Shown here one piece after another: positions 8,433-16,205 of a stretch of DNA of 42,329 nt; positions within the stretch are counted from its first letter, which is position 1, and the number at the start of each line of letters is the position of its first letter. The notes beneath the pieces were generated by a model. That model was not told where the DNA came from and did not search any database. It saw only the letters and a program-made list of their open reading frames with translations. Position numbers and translations under genes: made by a program. The DNA is from a virus. The stretch is from the UHGV virus genome UHGV-1357302, one strand, 5' to 3'.

Positions 8433-10391
8433 ATGGCTATCGAGCAAATTAAAGAAACCGACACACTGAATCAAGGTCGAATTAAAATTAATGCGATTTT
8501 GGATCAATCAAATGCTTCATCTGAAAAAGTAGATGCGTATCAAGAAGAATTAAAAAACGGCGTTGATGATGCGAAGAAAATAGCTGATACCGCTGGTAAA
8601 GAGGCAATCAAAGTTGCTGAAGAAGCAGGAGCTCAAGCAAATGCAACGGCGAACCAAGCGATGGATAATGCTAATACGGCAATTACGATTGCAGGAAATG
8701 CAGTTTCAACGGCAAATAATAATAAACAAGAATTCGATGCTCTAAGAAATGATTTTGACAAGTTGGTCGGTGAAGCAGGTGATAGTAACCCTGAAATCGT
8801 ACAAGCTAGAACAGATACTCAAGGAGTAACGCAACCGACATTAGCGACTCGATTACTGGTTGATTTTAACGATCGTATGACTAAATCGGAAGGTGTATCA
8901 TTATTGTCAGGAACAACAAATGTAAAAATTTCTATGGATTTTTCTGGGAAAACGGCAGGTAATACAGCAACTAATGCGCATCAATATTTTACGGATGTAA
9001 CTGCTAAATCGCTAAAAAAACCAAAAGATATATGGAATGAAGTTTCTCAAGCAGAATACAATAAATTAGTAAGCCGTGATGATTCTGGAGTAAGTAGTGG
9101 TTCAACACAAACTGGAGTTATCCCACAACAGTTAGGTTCATTCAATGCTTTAGAAGCTGCAAAAAAATTAATTCCTCAAATTTTCGAAGGATTAAATCAA
9201 GAAGAAGCGGTATCTTTATTAAAAGATAGCTTTGTAGCGTTCACTATTAGCGAACGTGCTAAAGCAACTTCGCCAAACAACAAAACAATTAAAGTTTCTA
9301 CTTACATTGAGTCAACAGATTCATGGGCAACTCAAATCCAAGAAAGCGCTGGAGAGTATAAAGATATATCAGCGCAAATAACAGACAAAAATTTCATTAC
9401 TAGCGAAGGGGTTATATATCTAATTAATTATACAGATCCATCGAATGGAGTAACAACAGCTAATTTAGATATAGACTATTCAGCTATTCAATTAGAAATT
9501 AGTGTTAATGTTCAAGACGTTTTAGAAAAAAGTGGGTTTGTTAAATCAAAACAATTAAATGATCATGTAGACGATAAAGAAAATCCACATCAAGTGACAG
9601 CTGAGCAAGTGGGAGCATATAGCAAGACTGATTCTACTGATCTATTTATTAACAAAACTGAAGCAGAAAATGGATTGTTTGTTGCTAAAAAAACAGTTGT
9701 TAACTCGCAAGATTGGGATAAAATTCTAGATGCAGGTATTTACACCGTTTTTGGAGCTTCTGGAGCAAACAGACCTTATTCGGGTGCAGCTTATGGTGCT
9801 TTAGTTGTTTATGCTGATAATACATTTGTAAGTCAAACGTATATGTATAAAGGTGAAACATACACCCGTAGTCGTCAAGGCAGTCCAGCGACTTGGACAC
9901 CATGGAATAAAATGCTTGTGGAAAAAGAACAACCTTTTGAAGCTTGGTATTCACCAGGAACTAATCATCCTGGATTCAAAAATAAGGCAAGATACAATTT
10001 AGGGCCAGAATTTAGCAACGTAGGCCAGCGACTGGGGTTACCTATGAAAAGCAATCCATTAGAATGGAATAGTGGACGGTGGCAAGCAAAAGTGCTTAGA
10101 GACTGCAAGCTAAATGTAAGCGGAACTGTAAAATATCAAGTTGGCGGTTCGAGAGGAGTTCTATATGCTTATACTCATATTGACAAAGGACTTGATGAAG
10201 GTGTAGGTGACTTAGGTATTGGATCAGCAGTCGGAGCTGTTGGCGGTTTGAATTATCAAAATGTCGCAGCCTTTGACTTAAACGTCACACTAAAAAAAGG
10301 CGAGTATTTTGCGTTTCGTTTAGAATTAGCAGCAGATAAGCAACTTGATAATACGCAACTTTCTTCTATGCATATTACAGAATTAGTATAG
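8433..10391 (+). CDS. tail fibre / receptor-binding (upper baseplate-like) protein
   Basis: 652 aa from the ATG at 8433 (RBS AGGAGTGA; the track's earlier start is a GTG). The N-terminus is Ala/Asn-rich coiled coil and the C-terminus is a divergent globular domain. It is the last structural gene before the holin. Confidence 0.55.
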   Translation: MAIEQIKETDTLNQGRIKINAILDQSNASSEKVDAYQEELKNGVDDAKKIADTAGKEAIKVAEEAGAQANATANQAMDNANTAITIAGNAVSTANNNKQEFDALRNDFDKLVGEAGDSNPEIVQARTDTQGVTQPTLATRLLVDFNDRMTKSEGVSLLSGTTNVKISMDFSGKTAGNTATNAHQYFTDVTAKSLKKPKDIWNEVSQAEYNKLVSRDDSGVSSGSTQTGVIPQQLGSFNALEAAKKLIPQIFEGLNQEEAVSLLKDSFVAFTISERAKATSPNNKTIKVSTYIESTDSWATQIQESAGEYKDISAQITDKNFITSEGVIYLINYTDPSNGVTTANLDIDYSAIQLEISVNVQDVLEKSGFVKSKQLNDHVDDKENPHQVTAEQVGAYSKTDSTDLFINKTEAENGLFVAKKTVVNSQDWDKILDAGIYTVFGASGANRPYSGAAYGALVVYADNTFVSQTYMYKGETYTRSRQGSPATWTPWNKMLVEKEQPFEAWYSPGTNHPGFKNKARYNLGPEFSNVGQRLGLPMKSNPLEWNSGRWQAKVLRDCKLNVSGTVKYQVGGSRGVLYAYTHIDKGLDEGVGDLGIGSAVGAVGGLNYQNVAAFDLNVTLKKGEYFAFRLELAADKQLDNTQLSSMHITELV

Positions 10392-10412
10392 GGATTGAAT
10401 TTTAAAATGAAG

Positions 10413-10443
10413 CCGTTTAGCAAAAAGCTAAGCGGTTTTTATT
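10413..10443 (+). terminator. rho-independent terminator between the tail fibre and the holin
   Basis: Stem ccgtttagc / gctaagcgg (9 bp, one G-U pair), loop aaaaa, then TTTTTATT. Confidence 0.5.
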
Positions 10444-10460
10444 ATTGGAAGGTGGAAAAT

Positions 10461-10865
10461 ATGGTGATTATTGATAATCAAGCGTTGATACTAGAATTTA
10501 AGAATATGATTTCTAACGGATTTATCCAAGTGTTTGTCTGGATTGTGTTAGGGGATATCTTAACAGGGTTATGTAAAGGTATTTTCATTAAGGAAGGAAA
10601 TAGCACAAAAGGATTGCTAGGACTAGTAAAACATTTATTAGTGGTCTGCTTAATAAGCGTTGCCTATCCATACTTGAAAATCATGGGTTTAGAATCAATC
10701 GCTACTGGATTTGTCTTATTTTATATAGCAGTGTATGGCATTTCCATTATTGAAAACTTAGGGCAGTTAGGCGTTCCCTTTCCTTCATGGGTTAAGGAGC
10801 ATTTAAGTAAATTAAAAGATGAAAATGATAAAGGTGGTGAACCTAAAGATGGTGCAAGTGATTAA
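10461..10865 (+). CDS. holin
   Basis: 134 aa from the ATG at 10461 (RBS GGAAGGTGGAAAATATG). It has two or three hydrophobic helices and a charged C-terminus (KDENDKGGEPKDGASD). It lies immediately upstream of, and overlaps, the endolysin gene. Confidence 0.65.
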   Translation: MVIIDNQALILEFKNMISNGFIQVFVWIVLGDILTGLCKGIFIKEGNSTKGLLGLVKHLLVVCLISVAYPYLKIMGLESIATGFVLFYIAVYGISIIENLGQLGVPFPSWVKEHLSKLKDENDKGGEPKDGASD

Positions 10866-11682
10866 TCAATCTGTTTGCGGTGGGATTGCCGGGAGACGTC
10901 CCAATGCAACGCCAAAAGGTGTTGTCATTCATAATGATGCTGGAAGTATTTATGCGACCGCTGCACAGTATGTTAATGCCTTGGCTGTAATGTCTCCTAC
11001 ACAACTGGCGAATGGTTTTGCTCATTATTATATTGATCGAAATACAATTGCACGTGTAGAAGATACATTCAATGCAGCATGGCACACAGCGAATCCAGAG
11101 GGGAATTTGAACTATGTTGGCTATGAAGTATGTCAATCAATGGGTGCTAACGATGCTGATTTCTTAGCGAATGAACAAATGACATTTAAACAAGTTGCTG
11201 AAGATATGAAGTTTTGGGGAATGTACCCTAATAGAGATACTGTAAGATTACACAAAGAATTTGTTCCTACGGCATGTCCTCACCGTTCCTGGGAATTGCA
11301 TGGAAAAGAAACAAATGCCGTAAAAGACTATTTTATTAGTCAAATAAAAAAATATATGGGCAATCCGAACGAAGGTAGTGGCAATTCAAGTAATAACAAT
11401 CAAAATAATATAAAAGGTGGAGAAACGACTATGCAATGTTTATACGAAAGACCAATTAATTCAAAAACAGGTAAACTAGAATGGAATGGAGATGCTTGGA
11501 CGGTAATGTTTTGTAACGGAGTGAATACAAGACGTGTGTCTCATCCAGATGAAATGAAAGTCATTGAGGACTTATACAAGAAAAACAATGGCAAAGATAT
11601 TCCTTTCTACGGACAAGATAAATGGAACAAAAACGCTCCTTGGTATAATCGCCTAGAAGCTATGTTTCCAGTTGTAAAATAA
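10849..11682 (+). CDS. endolysin, N-acetylmuramoyl-L-alanine amidase (Amidase_2/PGRP-type) with C-terminal cell-wall-binding region
   Basis: Start chosen at MVQVINQ (RBS AAAGGTGGTGA). The N-terminal 170 aa carry zinc-amidase features (HNDAG...H...C). A Gly/Asn-rich linker precedes a C-terminal domain. It is the last late gene and is followed by a strong terminator. Confidence 0.8.
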   Translation: MVQVINQSVCGGIAGRRPNATPKGVVIHNDAGSIYATAAQYVNALAVMSPTQLANGFAHYYIDRNTIARVEDTFNAAWHTANPEGNLNYVGYEVCQSMGANDADFLANEQMTFKQVAEDMKFWGMYPNRDTVRLHKEFVPTACPHRSWELHGKETNAVKDYFISQIKKYMGNPNEGSGNSSNNNQNNIKGGETTMQCLYERPINSKTGKLEWNGDAWTVMFCNGVNTRRVSHPDEMKVIEDLYKKNNGKDIPFYGQDKWNKNAPWYNRLEAMFPVVK

Positions 11683-11731
11683 AATATTATAGGTAGTATA
11701 AAATAAGAATACACTTATTAAGTTTCTCTTA

Positions 11732-11763
11732 AGCCACCTCCCCCAAGGTGGCTCTTTTTTTGT
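11732..11763 (+). terminator. rho-independent terminator after the endolysin
   Basis: Stem agccacct / aggtggct (8 bp), loop ccccca, then CTTTTTTTTG. Confidence 0.7.
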
Positions 11764-11989
11764 TATTTAATTAAAATTAACAATATGGCAACCAGCTTAT
11801 GATCAGGCACATTTACGTGTTTGTAAGTGAAAAAATCTTCTTAAACTTGTTTTTATGTTGTATTTTAAATAATTTCATGAGATATTTTTATTGCATACGA
11901 TACATTTAGATGTTATATTAAGTGTGAGGAAAGGATATCATTACCTCGTTTTCTAGTCTAGCTTTAGATCATTATTTACAAGCAAAGTG

Positions 11990-12082
11990 GGAATTGAGTG
12001 CACCCACGTTCCCCAGCAGGTGGGTTAACCTAGCGTTGGTCAGCATGGGACGGTATCCATGATTTGCACTCTTTTTTTTTAT
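11990..12082 (+). other. GC-rich structured element (two hairpins ending in T9) upstream of the moron gene
   Basis: The stretch gcacccacgttccccagcaggtgggttaacc...gcatgggacggtatccatg...gcactcttttttttt is about 58% GC in an AT-rich genome. Stems are acccac/gtgggt and catgg/ccatg. It could be an attP core, an sRNA or terminator, or a regulatory leader. Confidence 0.3.
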
Positions 12083-12109
12083 GTCTAAAATTATAGAGGA
12101 GTTGTAAAA

Positions 12110-12643
12110 ATGCCTAAAGATTTGCAGAAAACATACAACTTATTTTTATCAAATCTTGATGGCAAAATGGCTGTTATAACAACGCCATTTGTTAAACTGG
12201 ACTGTTTTTATGTAAAATTTGACATCTTACAACTCCCACATTTATTGGGTTTACACAAAATTTATAAGGATTCACCTAGAATAATTTGTCAAAAATTGAA
12301 TGATGAAGTTATTACATATAAACATCTGCAAAGGCACCGCAATTTTGGTACTATAAAAGATCGAGTAGAGCTATTTGAATTTATTCTAGAAATATTTTTA
12401 GAGGGATACAATGATTCAGTGATATATGTGTCTGAAGCAGATAAGTTTGGTTCATCTATGAAACTAGACATAGCTTTTAGCCATCCGCATAAAAATAAAA
12501 TATTAACACTTGGATTACGTGAAGTAAACGATTGTGTCTATGCACCAGTCACTTTCTACGTATCAAAGAGTAGTCGCCCAACATTTACTAAATCAAAAAG
12601 AGCAAAAATTCTAACTTTAGAGCTTATTTCATTTAATTTATAG
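12110..12643 (+). CDS. hypothetical protein (177 aa), moron
   Basis: RBS GAGGAG 8 nt upstream. I recognise no motif. It lies between the lysin terminator and the tRNA. Confidence 0.5.
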   Translation: MPKDLQKTYNLFLSNLDGKMAVITTPFVKLDCFYVKFDILQLPHLLGLHKIYKDSPRIICQKLNDEVITYKHLQRHRNFGTIKDRVELFEFILEIFLEGYNDSVIYVSEADKFGSSMKLDIAFSHPHKNKILTLGLREVNDCVYAPVTFYVSKSSRPTFTKSKRAKILTLELISFNL

Positions 12644-12667
12644 ATTAATTAATAAGTAAAGTTTCCA

Positions 12668-12741
12668 GGACCATTAGCTCAGTTGGTTAGAGCAAACGGC
12701 TCATAACCGTTCGGTCGATGGTTCGAATCCGTCATGGTCCA
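12668..12741 (+). tRNA. tRNA with CAU anticodon, elongator type (tRNA-Ile2(LAU)-like or tRNA-Met)
   Basis: Cloverleaf folded by hand. Acceptor stem GGACCAT/ATGGTCC with discriminator A. D-stem GCTC/GAGC. Anticodon stem AACGG/CCGTT with loop CTCATAA. Variable loop 5 nt. T-stem GATGG/CCGTC with loop TTCGAAT. No encoded CCA. The G1:C72 pair excludes an initiator. The anticodon stem-loop GGCUCAUAACCG and the C4/C5 acceptor bases resemble Firmicutes tRNA-Ile2. Confidence 0.8.
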
Positions 12742-12765
12742 TAACGAAAAATAAGATAAAAAATC

Positions 12766-12794
12766 TTGACAAGTCGTCTTCTATATATTAAGCT
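12766..12794 (+). promoter_or_regulatory. putative sigma-A-type promoter (TTGACA -35) for the Abi leader
   Basis: Perfect TTGACA at 12766-12771. AT-rich -10 candidates (TATATT / TATTAA) lie 12-17 nt downstream. The -10 match is weak, so the call is tentative. Confidence 0.3.
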
Positions 12795-12836
12795 ATTTGT
12801 GAAGAGAGATGTATTGGGCCAGCCAGTACACCGGAA

Positions 12837-12870
12837 AGTGTCTGGGATTTATTCCAGACACTTTTTTATT
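12837..12870 (+). terminator. intrinsic terminator-like hairpin inside the leader, 20 nt upstream of the Abi start codon
   Basis: Stem agtgtctgg / ccagacact (9 bp), loop gatttatt, then TTTTTTATTTTC. The GGAGGG RBS and ATG 12889 follow. Confidence 0.5.
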
Positions 12871-12888
12871 TTCTTTAGGAGGGAATAG

Positions 12889-13851
12889 ATGGGAATTGAA
12901 TTTAAAACCTTAGACGAACAAATAAATATATTAAAAAGTAGAGGCTTATGCTTTATAGATGAAGAGCAAAGCAAAAAATTATTAATGAGATCTAATTATT
13001 ATGATGTTGTAAACGGTTATTCTAAGCTGATACAAAGCAATACAAATAAATATATAGATAATGCAACATTTAATGAGTTATATGCAATATATATGTATGA
13101 TAAAAACATAAAAAGTATTTTTTTCAGTAAAATTGAGAAAGCTGAAGCTTTTTTACGCTCATGTATAGCTTACACTTTTGCAAAAAATCATACCGACCCA
13201 TATCCCTACTTAAATTCAAATAATTTTGGAGACAAATACTTAGAAATAGGCCCCTTGCTAGCCAAAATATCTAAAATTATAACAAATAACAAGAAGTATA
13301 AAAATAATGCGATTAAACATTATTCTGATAAATATAATGAGGTTCCCATTTGGGTACTAGTTAATTTTTTAGATTTTGGTACGTTGCGAACTTTTTATTC
13401 TTTAATGTTAGATAAAGACAAAATTGAAATTGCAGATCACGTAAATCAACATTTTAAATATGAATACGGTCTTAGTCCAAATATTGTACCTTCACAAATT
13501 GATAGTTTTCTAATTAATATTAATGATATTCGTAATATTGTTGCTCATGACAATCGATTGCTACAGTTCCGTTTAAGAAGACATGCTACAAAAAATACTG
13601 TTTTACTTTCGGATTATGAAAAAACTAGTACAGATAGCGTTTTTTATGTGTATTTAACGTTACGTTTATTTTTAACAAGAGAGCAGTTTAAAAACTTTAC
13701 AAATGCTTTGAAAAATCGGACAAGAGATTTGAATAAGAAGTTTAAACAATCGAGTAGTGATAGTAATATTAACGATATTCTTTTATCTATAGGTTTCCCG
13801 ATGGAATGGTTCGAATCCTCTTTTGACGATAGTTATCCAAAAGTTAAATAA
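12889..13851 (+). CDS. Abi_2-family (AbiD/AbiF-like) abortive-infection protein
   Basis: 320 aa. The N-terminal segment FKTLDEQINILKSRGLCFIDEEQSKKLLMRSNYYDVVNGY matches my recollection of the Abi_2 N-terminal signature (..QI.iLk.RGL......a...L...nYY.l.gY). Lys/Asn-rich and AT-rich codons suggest foreign origin. It sits in the moron position between lysin and integrase. Confidence 0.55.
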   Translation: MGIEFKTLDEQINILKSRGLCFIDEEQSKKLLMRSNYYDVVNGYSKLIQSNTNKYIDNATFNELYAIYMYDKNIKSIFFSKIEKAEAFLRSCIAYTFAKNHTDPYPYLNSNNFGDKYLEIGPLLAKISKIITNNKKYKNNAIKHYSDKYNEVPIWVLVNFLDFGTLRTFYSLMLDKDKIEIADHVNQHFKYEYGLSPNIVPSQIDSFLININDIRNIVAHDNRLLQFRLRRHATKNTVLLSDYEKTSTDSVFYVYLTLRLFLTREQFKNFTNALKNRTRDLNKKFKQSSSDSNINDILLSIGFPMEWFESSFDDSYPKVK

Positions 13852-13914
13852 TATATAAGTAAGATATAGATTCCCAACATAAAACAATTCATTAGTAATG
13901 TGCTTTCGTAAAGA

Positions 13915-13950
13915 AAGCCTCACTCCTAGATAGAGTGAGGCTTATTTTTT
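13915..13950. terminator. bidirectional rho-independent terminator after the Abi gene
   Basis: Stem aagcctcactc / gagtgaggctt (11 bp), loop ctagatag, flanked by AAAG on the 5' side and ATTTTTT on the 3' side. Confidence 0.7.
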
Positions 13951-14197
13951 ATGCACTAACCAAAGATTTCCTTACAAGCATTTTCTCAATGACAAGTTGA
14001 TTTCGTTTATTCAAATGACCATAGACAGCTAGTTCAGATTTTTCGGGTAGCATTAGTAGCGTATTTGCCAGCTCGTGTTTGGAGACGATACAGTTTATAG
14101 TTTCGTCCTGTGTTACTAATGAGAATCGAACTAGCATTTTTGGATACATACTTAACATTCTAATCTTTTCAACTACTCCTACATAATTAGTTTTCAT
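13949..14197 (-). CDS. hypothetical protein (82 aa) downstream of the integrase
   Basis: Strong RBS (AGGAGG, 7 nt) before ATG 14197 on the - strand. No recognisable motif. Confidence 0.5.
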   Translation of the reverse strand: MKTNYVGVVEKIRMLSMYPKMLVRFSLVTQDETINCIVSKHELANTLLMLPEKSELAVYGHLNKRNQLVIEKMLVRKSLVSA

Positions 14198-14317
14198 AAT
14201 ATCGGCCTCCTAGTAATATAATTATACCGAATGTATGTTCGTGTTGTCTATCGATTTGTATAAATGTAATATTTTAGGTATATAGTTTTGTTTATTAGTG
14301 TAAATAACACTATGTAC

Positions 14318-15712
14318 CTAAAATTTATATTTAATAATTACCTCATCATCAAATAGTTCTATACGTTCAACAAACTCTTTGATGATAAGGATTTTATTTT
14401 CTGTAGTTTCAGTTTCCCAATTAAAAGTTTTTAACGTTTCAAGCTTATTAATTAATGACTCACTTTTGGTACCTTCTAAGTTTGCTATATTGGCAGTTAA
14501 CGCATTTATTTCATTATCAATTTTTTTCATACGTTCATTAAGCATTGTGACATCAAATGTACCATATTGATACAAATCTAGAATTTTTTGCTTTTCATTA
14601 TGCTTCTTGGAAATTTGGTTATTAATAGTGGTGATTTTTGATTTTGTTTTATTTTCAACTTGTTTTAATTCACGTTCGATTTTTTTGAAGTCCAATGATT
14701 TAAGTGAATCTATTACTTTCTTTTCAACTACTTCTTGTCTGAGACTAGGTTGTTTGCAGTTCCAATCTTTTACTAGCGAAGGTAGCATTTTCTTTACTGA
14801 TCTACACATATAATAATTATATCGATATTTTTTGCCTCCTGATACATAACGAAATACTTTAGCTCCGCATTTACCACAATAAGTAATCCCTAATAAAAGC
14901 CCTAATTGATTTCCATGCTGTTCGCCACCTTTTTGAGCCTTTCTGGCAATAATTTCTTGAGCTTTATCGTACATAGATTTATCAATTATAGGTGTGTGAT
15001 GGCCATCATACACTTTGCCGTCCCAACTTATTTTGCCAATATATAATGGATTGGTTAAGGCATATTTTACTATGGTTAATGTTTTTACCTTATCTGGGTA
15101 TTTTGCAACCATACGTTTTGTTATATATTGCTGTCCTTTACCTTGGTTCACATATAAATCATAGATTTCTTGAATAATTTGCGCCTCGTAATCATTGATA
15201 ATTAATTCTCCATCCACATAATCGTAACCTAAGGGAACAATGCCACTTCCGTGATAGTATCCTTGTTTTGCACGTTCTGTTCTTCCCATGTGCATTCTTT
15301 CTGTAATTGTGTCTCGCTCTAATTGTGCAAAAACGGATAGCATTCCTATCGTCGCACGGCCAAAAGGTGTTGATGTGTCAAAGCTTTCTTGCATGCTGAT
15401 AAAGTCTACATTATTTTTTAGAAATACATCTTCAATTAAATACAATGTATTCTTTTGTGAACGTGAAAGCCTGTCTAATTTGTAGACTAGAACCACATCA
15501 ATTTTTTTATTTTGAATATCAGATATCATTTCTTGTAATGCAGGGCGCTCCATTTTTGCTCCTGAAAACCCTGGATCAGTATATACTTTTGCAACTGCCA
15601 TATCTTTTGCTTTTGCAAAAGCTTTTAGTTTATCTGTTTGTGCGGGAATGCTGTATCCTTCCTTGGCTTGTTCCATTGTGGATACACGTATATACAATGC
15701 TGCACGTTTCAT
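14318..15712 (-). CDS. int: large serine recombinase (phage integrase)
   Basis: 464 aa. The N-terminal resolvase catalytic domain is MKRAALYIRVSTMEQAKEGYSIPAQ with the catalytic Ser in YIRVS. A recombinase domain and a Cys-containing zinc-ribbon region (CGKCG...C..C) follow, then a C-terminal coiled coil. It sits at the edge of the lysogeny module. Confidence 0.9.
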   Translation of the reverse strand: MKRAALYIRVSTMEQAKEGYSIPAQTDKLKAFAKAKDMAVAKVYTDPGFSGAKMERPALQEMISDIQNKKIDVVLVYKLDRLSRSQKNTLYLIEDVFLKNNVDFISMQESFDTSTPFGRATIGMLSVFAQLERDTITERMHMGRTERAKQGYYHGSGIVPLGYDYVDGELIINDYEAQIIQEIYDLYVNQGKGQQYITKRMVAKYPDKVKTLTIVKYALTNPLYIGKISWDGKVYDGHHTPIIDKSMYDKAQEIIARKAQKGGEQHGNQLGLLLGITYCGKCGAKVFRYVSGGKKYRYNYYMCRSVKKMLPSLVKDWNCKQPSLRQEVVEKKVIDSLKSLDFKKIERELKQVENKTKSKITTINNQISKKHNEKQKILDLYQYGTFDVTMLNERMKKIDNEINALTANIANLEGTKSESLINKLETLKTFNWETETTENKILIIKEFVERIELFDDEVIIKYKF

Positions 15713-15739
15713 ATAAAATTGCTCCTTTCAAAATAAATA

Positions 15740-15913
15740 CTAGTTGTTTTCATCAATATTTTCTAACTGTAAAAACAATTTGGCGTAGTCGGATTTCAAC
15801 TCCTGATATTCTTCTTCGGTAAATATATAGCTAGGTCCAGTGCGAAGGTTTAAATTTATATATTCGATATTTAGTTCATCGCATAGTCTTTTTTCAACAT
15901 CATATTTATTCAT
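15740..15913 (-). CDS. small hypothetical protein (57 aa) upstream of and co-directional with int
   Basis: RBS AAAGGAAC 8 nt before the ATG (15913, - strand). Sequence is MNKYDVEKRLCDELNIEYINLNLRTGPSYIFTEEEYQELKSDYAKLFLQLENIDENN. A recombination-directionality role cannot be inferred from sequence. Confidence 0.35.
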   Translation of the reverse strand: MNKYDVEKRLCDELNIEYINLNLRTGPSYIFTEEEYQELKSDYAKLFLQLENIDENN

Positions 15914-15978
15914 AGTATAGTTCCTTTCGAATGTATGTTCTTACTTTTTGAAAAAGAAAAGCCCTAAGGCTATTCCTT

Positions 15979-16179
15979 TTACTTGAACAAATCCCAAAAG
16001 CTAAAAGTTGTTTTATTATACACTTTATTATACATAGCTTTTTTGGGGTTCTTAATGAAACCAGTTCCTTTTTGCCCATAACCAGGAATTACTGCTTTTT
16101 TAAGCTTACGTTTAGCTTTTCCAGTAGTACGAGCACTTATTGATTTTTTTATACTTGGTTTACGCATTCCTACTTTCAT
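15979..16179 (-). CDS. small lysine-rich basic protein (66 aa)
   Basis: ATG MKVGMRKPS with AAAAGGACGTG RBS. The track's longer version starts at an upstream GTG. About 30% Lys/Arg. Directly downstream of the lipoprotein gene. Confidence 0.35.
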   Translation of the reverse strand: MKVGMRKPSIKKSISARTTGKAKRKLKKAVIPGYGQKGTGFIKNPKKAMYNKVYNKTTFSFWDLFK

Positions 16180-16205
16180 GTAAAACACGTCCTTTTATAT
16201 ATGAT

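Noticed and set aside
10843-11136. 97-aa - strand ORF inside the endolysin gene
   Set aside because: It is antisense to the conserved amidase catalytic domain. Its translation is Cys/Ile-rich and low-complexity, and it has no RBS.
12668-12741. Calling the CAU tRNA an initiator tRNA-fMet
   Set aside because: The G1:C72 pair is Watson-Crick and the anticodon stem lacks the three consecutive G-C pairs that are hallmarks of bacterial initiators.
14379-15822. Small + strand ORFs (14379-14570, 14607-14813, 14992-15177, 15288-15485, 15445-15822) across the integrase locus
   Set aside because: They are antisense to the 464-aa serine recombinase gene, have no RBSs and give hydrophobic or Leu-rich translations, so they are shadow ORFs.
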